NCBI GenBank assembly: GCA_963828165.1 | Contig: CAWHDR010000001.1 | Location: forward strand, 2,400,001-2,464,000 | Length of the DNA stretch: 64,000 nt | Source: an uncultured Chloroflexia bacterium | GTDB taxonomy: Bacteria > Chloroflexota > Limnocylindria > Limnocylindrales > CSP1-4 | Direction of reading: 5' to 3' | In this document: in pieces, positions 55,225-64,000 of the stretch | How the letters are laid out: every line of letters begins with the position of its first letter | Numbering within the stretch: position 1 is the first letter of the stretch | Program-made: the position numbers and the translations under genes | The notes under the pieces: model-generated | Databases searched by the model: none | Told to the model about the DNA's origin: nothing | What the model saw: the letters and a program-made list of their open reading frames with translations, nothing else

Positions 55225-56468
55225 TCAGGCGGAGGTCAGCGGCAGGCTGGCACGGAACGTGGTGCCGGCGCTCCCCGTGGCCTCGACCTCGAGCGTGCCG
55301 CCGTGCGCGGCCACGAGGTGGCGCGCGATCGCGAGGCCCAATCCCGAACCGCCCGAACCCGCGCCCTTCACGAATCGATCGAAGACGTGCGGGAGCACGG
55401 CCGGGTCGATGCCCGAGCCCGAATCCGCGACCCTGCAGCACGAGCCGGTCGCCCGCGACCTCGCCGCGGATCACGACCGTGCCGCCGGCCGGCGTGTGCC
55501 GGATCGCGTTCGCGACGAGATTGGCGAGTACCTCCCGGAGCCGAACCGGATCCACGTCGAGGATCGGCAGGTCGTCCCCGACCTCGGCCGTGACGGTCAC
55601 CCCGGCCGTACCTGCCGCGCCTTCGAACGACCGCACGACCTCGGCGATCAGCACGTCCGGGTCGGTCGGTTCCCGATGCAGGGTGAGCGTGCCGGCCTCC
55701 GACAGTGCCACCGTCCGGAGGTCGTCGATGAGCCGCTCCATGACCCGGGTCTCGTCGAGGATCGCGCCCAGGCGGGCCTCGTCGATCGGGTGGACGCCGT
55801 CGATCATCGCCTCGAGGTTGCCCGAGATCACGGTCAGCGGCGTCCGAAGCTCGTGGCTCACGTCGGCGAGCAACGAGCGACGCTGCTGCTCGTCGACTTC
55901 GAGCCGCTCGACCATCGTGTCGAAGCCGCGGACGAGCTGGCGGACCGGACGGAAGCCGCCTTCAGGCACGTCGACGCGGACCGAATAGTCGCCGTCCTCG
56001 ACCCGCCGGGTCGCATCGACGAGCGAGTCGAGCGTCGCGGCATTCCGTCGCAGCCCTCGACCCAGGCTGATGATGGCGACCACGGCCACGAGGACCACGA
56101 TGATCGCGGGTCCTGGACCGCCATGGGTCACGATCGTGCTCAAGATCGTCCCGATGACGGTGAGGACGACCACGACGAACACGAGGAAGATCAGGCCGAA
56201 GAGACAGCCGAAACCGCGTCCACGGCGGCCACCCTGCCACGGGCCGTCCCCGCCCGGTCCCCATGGCGGACCGCCGCGCGCCCACGGCGGACCCTGACCC
56301 GGCCCCCAGCCTCGGCCGCCGTCGGCGCGTCGCTGGGCCGCCCACTGTTCCCACAGCTCGCGACTCCGCCTGGCGGTCGCCTCGCCGGTCGATCGGCGCC
56401 GACGGCGTCGCGCCGTCGCCGGGGCTCGCCGCGGCCTGGCCGCGCTCGTCGTCGCGCCGTGTCGTCAT
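55225..56468 (-). CDS. Sensor histidine kinase with HAMP domain (frameshifts near 56365 and 55432)
   Basis: [20 protein letters not shown], then DSGSGI...FDRF...GSGLGLAI in the next frame. Confidence 0.88.
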
Positions 56469-57179
56469 GCGTCCGTCGCCCGGTCGTCGGCGAGTCGATA
56501 GCCCACGCCGTAGACCGTGAGGACGTAGCGAGGCTGGCGCGGCTCGGGCTCGAGCTTGCGGCGCAGGTTCTTGACGTGCGAGTCGATCGCCCGCTCGTAG
56601 CTCTCGAACGCGACCCCGTGCAGCGCGTCGAGCAGCTGCGACCGCGTGAAGATGCGGCCGGGCTGGCGGGCGAGGGTCGCGAGGAGCGTGAACTCGGTCG
56701 GGGTGAGGTCGACGGTCCGGCCGGCCACCTCGGTCCGCATCCGCGGCACGTCCAGGGTCAGCGTCGCCGACCGTGATGACGTCGCCGGCCCCGACCGGGC
56801 GATCGGCACGACGCAGGACCGCCCGCACGCGCGCGACGAGCTCGCGCGGCGAGAACGGCTTGGTGAGGTAGTCGTCGGCGCCGAGCTCGAGGCCGAGCAG
56901 CTTGTCGAGCTCGTCGTCCCGCGCGGTCAACATCACGATCGGGAGGGCCGCGGTGCGCTCCGCGGTCCGGAGCTGGCGGGTGATGTCGAGCCCATCGAGC
57001 CCCGGCAGGCCGAGATCGAGGACCACGAGATCCGGGTTGCGCGTGCGGGCCAGCGCGAGGGCCGCGGGGCCGTCGGACGCCGTCAGCACGGCGAAACCCG
57101 CGTGCTCGAGGTAGTCGCGGGCGAGCTCGACGATCCGCGGCTCGTCGTCGACGACGAGGATGGTCTTCTGCGTGGTCAT
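56465..57179 (-). CDS. OmpR-family response regulator (frameshift near 56765)
   Basis: [50 protein letters not shown]. Confidence 0.9.
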
Positions 57180-57278
57180 CGGTCGCATCCTACGCGGGGG
57201 GAGGGGAGTGGCTGGGACGTACGCAGGCTCCGGCCCGGAGATCCGGGGCCGGAGCCGCTACGCCATGGGCCGTCCGGG

Positions 57279-57779
57279 TCAGGCGCCCGGGGTGCCGGTC
57301 GATGGCCGGTCGGTCGCCGACCCGCCGCCGGACTCGCCGGGGTTGTCGCGGTGCCACGAGTCGTGGAGCTCGCGGGCCTGGCGTTCCCAGGGGCGGTCGC
57401 CGTCGTGCTCGTGGTTGCCCCAGCCGCCTCGGCCGCCCGGGCCACCCGGGCCACCGCGGTAGCCCCAGCCGCCCGGTCCGCCCCAACCGCGACCGGCGCC
57501 GAACGCCGCTCGCAGCAGCCCGATGAACAGGAAGAGGATGAAGATCCCGAACAGGATCCCGAAGATCCCGGGGCCGCCGTGCCAGCCGAACCCGTAGCCG
57601 GGGCCGTAGCCATACCCGTAACCGGGGACGACCGGGGTGACGACCGTGCCGGCCGGTGCGCTCGCGGCGGCCGTGTTGACCGCCACCTGGACGCCGGTCT
57701 GGTAGGCGACGCTGGCGACGATGCTCCCTCCGACGAGCAGCGCGGCGATGACCAGGAATGCGATGAAGAACTGACGCAT
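57279..57779 (-). CDS. Gly-rich membrane protein, likely target of the two-component system
   Basis: Two hydrophobic segments, GYG/GGP repeats, C-terminal ELHDSWH; GGAGG RBS. Confidence 0.75.
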   Translation of the reverse strand: MRQFFIAFLVIAALLVGGSIVASVAYQTGVQVAVNTAAASAPAGTVVTPVVPGYGYGYGPGYGFGWHGGPGIFGILFGIFILFLFIGLLRAAFGAGRGWGGPGGWGYRGGPGGPGGRGGWGNHEHDGDRPWERQARELHDSWHRDNPGESGGGSATDRPSTGTPGA

Positions 57780-58040
57780 GTCGTGCGCCTCCTTGGTGGT
57801 TCATGTCGGCCGCCCGGGGTGGGTGGCCTTCCTGACACGCATGCTCGCGTCGGAATGTGGAGCCGCGATGGAGCCGGTCGGGATGACTCGGGCAGTCGGA
57901 CGCCAGCCACGGCGACGGTGCGCGGCCGCACCGAAGACAGCTGGACAGACACATCGGCGACAAATTCGGCTTGCCGCGAAGGGCTACCCTGTCGGCACTG
58001 AACCCCCAGGCCATCGCGCATAACGGGAGGAAGCGTCTCG

Positions 58041-59030
58041 ATGCATCGATCGAAGGCCGCCGTTGCGGCTGCCCTGCTCACGGTCCTCGCCCTGCTGCCC
58101 CTTGCCGTCGCGCCGGTCGCGGCCGGCGACTCGAAGGACAAGGCGAAGGCCGAGCACGAACGGATCGTCAAGTACTGGACCGCCGAGCGGATCGCCGGCG
58201 CCAAGCCGCGCGACTTCGTCCGGACGGACCGCGGCAAGTTCGAGCCCAATGCCAAGCCCGCCAAGCCACCTCCCCCCGGTGGCGGCACGGTGACCGGCGC
58301 GTCGTGGACCGGCGGCGGACCCGTCGTCCAGCGCACCGGCAAGGTCCTCTTCACGATGGACGGCGGCAACTGGGTGTGCTCGGCATCGGCCATCTCCGAC
58401 GGTCGATCGACCCACTCGCTGATCCTGACCGCCGGACACTGCGCCTACGACGAGGTCAACGAGGCGTTCGCCACGAACTGGACGTACGTGCCCTCGTTCG
58501 ATACGGCGCCGACGTTCACGTGCGCCCAGTCGACCTTCGGTTGCTGGACCGCCGCCGGCCTCGTCGTCCACAACGGGTACGCGTCCGCGGGCGGCTTCAA
58601 CACCCAGGCCACGGTCCACGACTTCGCGTTCGCGATCGTCGGGGCGGGCGGCAAGAGCAATACCCAGCTCGATGCCCTTGGCACGTACGGCATCTCCTAC
58701 CCGGCGATCTCGACCGGTGGGAGCGTGCATTCGTTCGGCTATCCGGCCGCCGGCCGGTACAAGGGCAAGGACCTCACGTACTGCGCCGGCCCGACCTTCA
58801 ACGACAACCTCAACGGCAACCAGACCTGGGGCATCGCCTGCAACATGACCGGCGGCTCGTCCGGCGGCCCGTGGCTGGCTGGCTTCACCAACTCGGCCGG
58901 GACGGCGACGTCGCTGAACTCGTACGGCTACAGCGGGCTGAGCAACATGTACGGGCCAAAGTTCAATTCGAACACCCAGGCCGTCTTCAATCGAGCCAAC
59001 ACGACCACCGGGAACTCGATCGTCCAATAG
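58041..59030 (+). CDS. Secreted trypsin-like (S1) serine protease
   Basis: Signal peptide, YWTAER, CSAS, LTAGHC, DFAF, GGSSGGPW. Confidence 0.9.
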   Translation: MHRSKAAVAAALLTVLALLPLAVAPVAAGDSKDKAKAEHERIVKYWTAERIAGAKPRDFVRTDRGKFEPNAKPAKPPPPGGGTVTGASWTGGGPVVQRTGKVLFTMDGGNWVCSASAISDGRSTHSLILTAGHCAYDEVNEAFATNWTYVPSFDTAPTFTCAQSTFGCWTAAGLVVHNGYASAGGFNTQATVHDFAFAIVGAGGKSNTQLDALGTYGISYPAISTGGSVHSFGYPAAGRYKGKDLTYCAGPTFNDNLNGNQTWGIACNMTGGSSGGPWLAGFTNSAGTATSLNSYGYSGLSNMYGPKFNSNTQAVFNRANTTTGNSIVQ

Positions 59031-59221
59031 TGAGCGACGAACCTCAGGAACCAAACCTGCCGGCTTGCCCTCTCTGCGGGAACCGCACGTTCCAGCAGGA
59101 GCAGGGCAAGCTGGACAGCGCCTGGGGCCTGACCGCGCATCGGGTCCGGATGCTCATCTGCGAGCGCTGCCAGCACGTGATGATGTTCTACGACGGCAAC
59201 ACGATCTGGGACTTCGACTGA
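59030..59221 (+). CDS. Small zinc-ribbon protein (63 aa)
   Basis: GTG overlapping the protease stop; CPLC...CERC. Confidence 0.7.
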   Translation: MSDEPQEPNLPACPLCGNRTFQQEQGKLDSAWGLTAHRVRMLICERCQHVMMFYDGNTIWDFD

Positions 59222-59570
59222 CGGTCGAACCCGTTGATATGCGGATGTAATGCCGCTTCGGAGTCGGTACGAGGCGGTCCCGAGGCAGTTCGCCGTACCG
59301 TTTCTGCATTCGATTCGGGCTGGTCCCCGCCAAGCTCGTTCCTCCAAGCCGCGCATACACCGGCGGCGACTCGCTCGAATCGGAGAATGACCCGCGCGCC
59401 GGCGGGCGCCCGGGCACCAACCACACGCGCCGTGGTCGATACGGATGGGCGACAACTCGGAGCAATTCCGTTTGCTCGCTCCGGTCCTGGGGGGCCCGAG
59501 ACGTATCGATAAGAGGCGATCGTGCCGGCTGGTGGGGCGCCCGCCGGGAGCGCACTCCGCATTCCCAGAG

Positions 59571-59608
59571 ACGATCAGCCGGCTCGCCCCCGAGGGCCGG
59601 CTGATCGT
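59571..59608. other. Perfect 13-bp stem hairpin
   Basis: ACGATCAGCCGGC-N12-GCCGGCTGATCGT upstream of the gene at 59655. Confidence 0.6.
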
Positions 59609-59654
59609 TACTTCCGGACCAAGACGCGGCCAACCAGGGACGCTGGAGGCCACC

Positions 59655-60607
59655 ATGTCGCTCGCCCGTCGCCTCGCTCTTCTCACCGCGCTCGCCCTGG
59701 CCCTGAGCCTCGTGCTGGCGCCAGCCGCCGCGGCCGTCCGGCCAGTGGATCCCGACCTGCCCGCCCGCATCGACCTGCCCGATGGCTTCCAGCCCGAGGG
59801 CATCGAGTCCGACAACGCGGGGAACCTGTACGCCGGGTCGCTCCGGGACGGCGACATCTGGACCGTCAACGTGCTGACCGGCGAGGAGCGCCTCCTCGTC
59901 GATAACGCGGCGGACGCCGGGCTCGTGTCGGTCGGGCTCCATCTCGACGACCAGGGGCGCCTGTGGGTCGCCGGCGGGCCGACGCAGCAGGTCCGCGTGT
60001 ACGACGTCGCGACCGGCGAGCTGCTCGAGACCTACCCGTTCCCGACGGCCGGGTTCATCAACGACCTCGACATCAGCCGCAACGCGGTCTACGCCACCGA
60101 CTCCGTGAACCAGCAGCTCGCTGGTCATCCCGCTGGGCGGCGGCGGCGCGCTGCCGGCTCCGACGGCCGCCACGACGATGCAGCTCACCGGCGACCTCTC
60201 GTACTCGGCCGGCTTCAACGCGAACGGCATCGCCGCCCGCGGCGGCTGGCTCGTGCTCGTCCAGGGGAACGAGGGCCTGCTGTTCAAGGTGAACCCGCGC
60301 ACCGGCGAGACGACCGAGATCGACACCGGCGGCTACTCCGTCGCCATGGGCGACGGGCTCGTGCTGCGCGGAAAGACGCTCTACGTCGTGCGCAACTTCG
60401 CGAACACCGTGGCCGTGCTGACGATGCGGGCCGGCCTGACCGAGGCGGAGCTGGTCGGGGAGTTCACGTCGGAGGACTTCGAGCTCGACATCCCGACCAC
60501 GGGGACGCTCACGCAGGGTGCCCTGTGGGTCGTGAACGCCCGGTTCAGCACGCCGCCGACGCCCGACACGCGAGTACTGGATCACGAGGCTGCCGACGCA
60601 GCCGTAG
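59655..60607 (+). CDS. Secreted beta-propeller protein, SMP-30/gluconolactonase-like (frameshifts near 60120 and 60570)
   Basis: Signal peptide; LPDGFQPEGI, LWVAGG, FINDL, YATDS, NANGI, GDGL. Confidence 0.75.
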
Positions 60608-60632
60608 ATGAGCGGTGCCTTGCCGCACCGCT

Positions 60633-60653
60633 CGTGACAGGAGAGCTGTCACG
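60633..60653. promoter_or_regulatory. Palindromic operator-like site
   Basis: CGTGACAG-GAGAG-CTGTCACG. Confidence 0.5.
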
Positions 60654-60721
60654 CGTTTCGCCGAGGCTGACCGTGACGTCGGGGATCGACCGGGATCCTC
60701 GCGACTCGGAGGGGCCTGCCG

Positions 60722-60910
60722 ATGGTGGGCGAGACGACCTGGTTCGTTGGTGATCTGCGCTGCGTGACGTGCGGACGCGCCCTGAACGGCGACCCCGATG
60801 AGGACCCGACGGGCGACGCGGGCCAGCCAATCTGCGGCGAGTGCTATCGCGAGCGCGACTTCTTCCTGATTGACGCCGCTGACGGCCAGCTGGACGGCGA
60901 AATCGCGTGA
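60722..60910 (+). CDS. Small CxxC...CxxC zinc-finger protein (62 aa)
   Basis: GGAGG RBS; CVTC...CGEC. Confidence 0.65.
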   Translation: MVGETTWFVGDLRCVTCGRALNGDPDEDPTGDAGQPICGECYRERDFFLIDAADGQLDGEIA

Positions 60911-61008
60911 TCAACAGGCTCAAAGCGACGGAATCGCCCAACACGTGCAGTACCATGCCGAGACCCCGCGACTCCCGTCACAAGTTTCGGGGTGCACCGG
61001 GGATGTCT

Positions 61009-62746
61009 ATGCGCGCGACCACCGCCATGCCGAAAGGCGAGACGGCCGAACGTCTCGTCGTCGAGAGGCTGCGCGCGGTGGTCGGATCCGGACGTCCTCG
61101 TCCTCGCCGGCGTGAAGTGGCTCCTGCGCGAGCGCGGGGCCGTACGCAACGGCGAGGCCGATGTGGTCCTCGGCGATCCCGGGCGCGGCATCCTCGTCAT
61201 CGAAGTGAAGGCCGGCGAGATCCGGCGGGACGACAGCGGAACGTGGTGGGCTGGGCCGAACCGGCTCGACCGGAGCCCGTTCGACCAGGCGCGCGACAAC
61301 AAGTACGCGCTGCTCAAGAAGCTCCATGAGCTACCCGACTGGCCCACCGACCTCAAGCCGATCAGCGGGCATGCCGTCGCGTTCCCTGATGTCGACCTTG
61401 ACACGATGCGCGGACGGCTGGGACTGCTCGGGCTCGATGCCGACAGCGAGCTCGTGGCCGACCAGTCGATGTTCGTCGACAGCGACGAGGGCCGGGACGA
61501 GCTGCGGCGCTTCCTCGAGGTGCCTTCGCCGCGTGGGGCCAGAGCGCGAGCGAGCGCGCGCCGGGACAGGCGGCGATCGACCTGCTGCGCGCCGTCGGGA
61601 CCGAGCCGTTCGAGATCCGCTCGATGCTGCGGCACGAGCTGGTCGAGGGCGAGCGCGACGTCGTCCGGCTGACGACACGGCCAGTTCCAACTTCTCAACC
61701 AGCTACGAAACGTGCGGCGGGCCTCGATCGTCGGCGGTGCGGGCACCGGCAAGACGCTGCTCGCGGCCGAGAAGGCGCGCCGGCTCGCGCGCGAGGGCTT
61801 CAACACGCTTCTCGTGTGCTTCAACGCGCCGCTGGCGCGCGTGCTGGCCGACGACCTTGAGCCCACGGCACGTGACACGGGGCTGCTAGACGTGAAGACC
61901 TTCCACCAGCTGTGCGAGGACCTCGGAAACGAGGCCGACGTGCTGGCCGCGCGGCCGGACCCGATCACGCAGGACTGGTGGGACCGGACGCTGCCGCGGG
62001 CACTCGATGACGCCGTTGCGAAGCTGGGTCCGCGATATCACGCGGTGGTGGTGGACGAGGGCCAGGATTTCGCGGCCGACTGGCTGGCGTCTCTCAACGA
62101 GCTGCTCACGGCGGGCGTGAGGACGTGCTGTACGTGTTCCACGACCCCGCCCAGGCGATCTATCGCGACGACGTCGTCGCGCAGCTCGGGCTGATCGAGT
62201 TCCCGCTCGAGACCAACTGCCGGAACGCGGCACCGATCCACGCGGTCGTGTCGCGGTTCGCGGAGGGCGGGCTGGCGTCGGAGGCGATGCGGATCGGGCG
62301 GTCGGGAGCCCGAGTTCGTGGAGGCCGCGGCCGGCGCCGAGACCGTCGAGGCGCTGCGGACGTGCTGCATCGACTGCGGGCGACCGACAGCGAGGCCGTG
62401 AACCCATGGGACATCGCGGTCCTGACGGCGTCGAAGCTGGAGGAGTCGGCCGGTCTGGTTGGCCCCGGGTCGTCGGTACGGGAACGAGGTGCTCGGAAAC
62501 CCTGCCTACGATGACGCCGGGCATCACCTGGGACTGCCGGCGCACCTCGCGCCGCCGCTGCCCGACGACGTGATCCTGTGCGAGACGATCCGGCGGTTCA
62601 AGGGCCTCGAGAAGCCCGTGATCGTGCTGGTCGAGCTGCGCGAGGACGACAAGCGGCTCGATCGGATGCTCTACGTCGGCGCGTCGCGGGCACGGCAGCA
62701 CCTGGTCGTCATCGCGCCCGCAGGCGTACTTGAGAAGCTTCGATGA
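61009..62746 (+). CDS. NERD nuclease domain fused to an SF1 (UvrD-like) helicase; multiple frameshifts, start approximate
   Basis: EADVV...GILVIEVK (NERD), GGAGTGKT, VVVDEGQD, TNCRN, TIRRFKGLE, LYVGASRA spread over several frames. Confidence 0.8.
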
Positions 62747-63018
62747 TCGCTGTGGCGCTCCCGCTTCGGACGAAGATCGGCGAGCGACAGCGGTGTCCTC
62801 GATGTGCCTCGAGGGATGTGGCGAGGATCCTCCGCGGCTATCCGATCTTCGGTGATGACCTCCGAGTGCGCATCGACGCGGGCGAGGTCGTCCTTGGCGG
62901 TTGTGCGCTGATGGGCAACGATCCCGACTTCCGCTGTCACAGCTGTCGTCATGAATTCCGCGATCGACCGGCGGCTGCACGTGGCGCCCACGGCGTCGTC
63001 ACGGCTTGTGACGGATGA
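62743..63018 (+). CDS. Small Cys-rich putative metal-binding protein
   Basis: CPRC...ILRGYP...LGGC...CHSC; ATGA-coupled to the helicase. Confidence 0.7.
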   Translation: MIAVALPLRTKIGERQRCPRCASRDVARILRGYPIFGDDLRVRIDAGEVVLGGCALMGNDPDFRCHSCRHEFRDRPAAARGAHGVVTACDG

Positions 63019-63019
63019 C

Positions 63020-63782
63020 ATGACCGCGCCGAAGAGTCGCAAGCTGGCGTCGAAGTCGATGCTGCGCACCGCCAACGTGTTCTTGAGGCCGTTGGCCATA
63101 GCAAGACCGATATCGGGAATCAGCCGCTGACCTTCCATTGGCCGTTGGTCGGGAGCAGGTTCGACCGCGGTGTCCTCGTGGTGGGTCAGGCGGTTTTCGG
63201 CTGGTTCGGTGACTGGACGGCGGCAGACGCGACCGACATCAGGGGGCGTTCAAAGATTGTCGGAGAGGCTCGGGATCTCTTCTGCGACCGGCCCGACCGC
63301 ATGGACTGGATCCAGGGACATCGAGTCTGGAATTCGCCGTTTTGGCGGGTCGCTCGTGACGTCACGGAAGCCGTTGCCCCGGGTGACGGGCCCTTCTACG
63401 CTCGGATGGCCTGGGCAAATCTATATCCGATCGCTCCTAACGATGTGAAGTCAAACCCCGGCGGGGCGCTCCTCTGAGGCGCAGACGGTGCCTGCTGCCG
63501 CGTTCCTTGATGCCACGATCGACAGGATTTAGCCCCGGCGTGGTCTTGGTGGTCGGCGGTCCATATATCTGGCCGTTCATCTATCCGCTTCGCCTCGACA
63601 AACTCACGACCGCACAGCGACCGCTCGACCTCACCGGCCTCCGAGATGGCATCGACTGGATCGTCGGGCAGCACCCTGGCGGAGCGTCTCGACGCGGCTG
63701 GGGACTCCGACGCTACGGCGAGCTCATATCCAAGACTCTTGGAATGACTGTGACGGGGGTCGACCATGCCCGGTGCCGGTGA
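63020..63782 (+). CDS. Putative uracil-DNA-glycosylase-superfamily protein (frameshifted, start uncertain)
   Basis: VLVVGQ..FGW, SPFWR, MAWANLY, VVLVVG and C-terminal QHPG joined over ORFs 63145-63477 and 63507-63782. Confidence 0.5.
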
Positions 63783-64000
63783 ACCGTCGGAGAAGGACCT
63801 GGAGTACCGGGAGCTCCTTGCTCGATTTCCATTGACGGGGCGTGCGCCGTCCGGACCCGAGGCTACTGTGCTTGCGCGGCGCCTCCAGGGAGACCTGGGC
63901 GCCCTCGTCGCCCAATGGGATGACGCCCGTACCTACTGCCGGGCCGAGAAACGACGGTGGCGAGTGACCAGCTCAAGAAGTTCCTCGATCAGAACAACCT
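63766..64000 (+). CDS. Hypothetical protein, truncated by the window end
   Basis: ATG at 63766 open to the end of the window (MPGAGEPSEKDLEYRELL...). Confidence 0.35.
   Translation, partial: MPGAGEPSEKDLEYRELLARFPLTGRAPSGPEATVLARRLQGDLGALVAQWDDARTYCRAEKRRWRVTSSRSSSIRTT

Noticed and set aside
59430-59610. Known riboswitch (c-di-GMP, c-di-AMP, TPP, cobalamin)
   Set aside because: No diagnostic consensus motifs recognised by eye; retained only as an unexplained structured region.
42087-62746. Calling the frameshifted genes pseudogenes or programmed frameshifts
   Set aside because: Breaks are scattered single-base indels without recurring slippery motifs or other decay; sequencing error is more parsimonious.

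Overview
High-GC bacterial chromosome segment; gene content and order suggest Chloroflexota, possibly Limnocylindria/Ellin6529-like (inference only). The left part is a tightly coupled housekeeping string (glmS-acpS-nnrD-alr-macro-three uncharacterised genes-tsaE-tsaB-rimI-tsaD-rsmA-ispE-ridA, then glmU, a CNNM/hemolysin gene, a polyprenyl synthase, recO, glyQS). Accessory modules interrupt it: an ECF/anti-sigma pair, a DUF1326-DUF2182-TetR-hydrolase-hydrolase-glycosyltransferase operon, an HTH/PD-(D/E)XK gene and an ECF41 module. The middle holds a large LuxR-ATPase regulator, ppdK, a Ser/Thr kinase, ndh, adh and malic enzyme. The right part encodes secreted proteases, a two-component system and a NERD-helicase/Zn-ribbon/UDG-like cluster. 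Many genes, increasingly towards the right end, carry single-base frameshifts that look like long-read assembly errors. The most unusual signal is a family of intergenic direct-direct-inverted repeat elements: two 169-bp copies built from six 41-bp tripartite units, plus an array of the same layout at the 3' end of an HTH-nuclease gene. No rRNA, tRNA, CRISPR array or transposase was recognised. All family assignments come from motif recognition by eye, not database searches.
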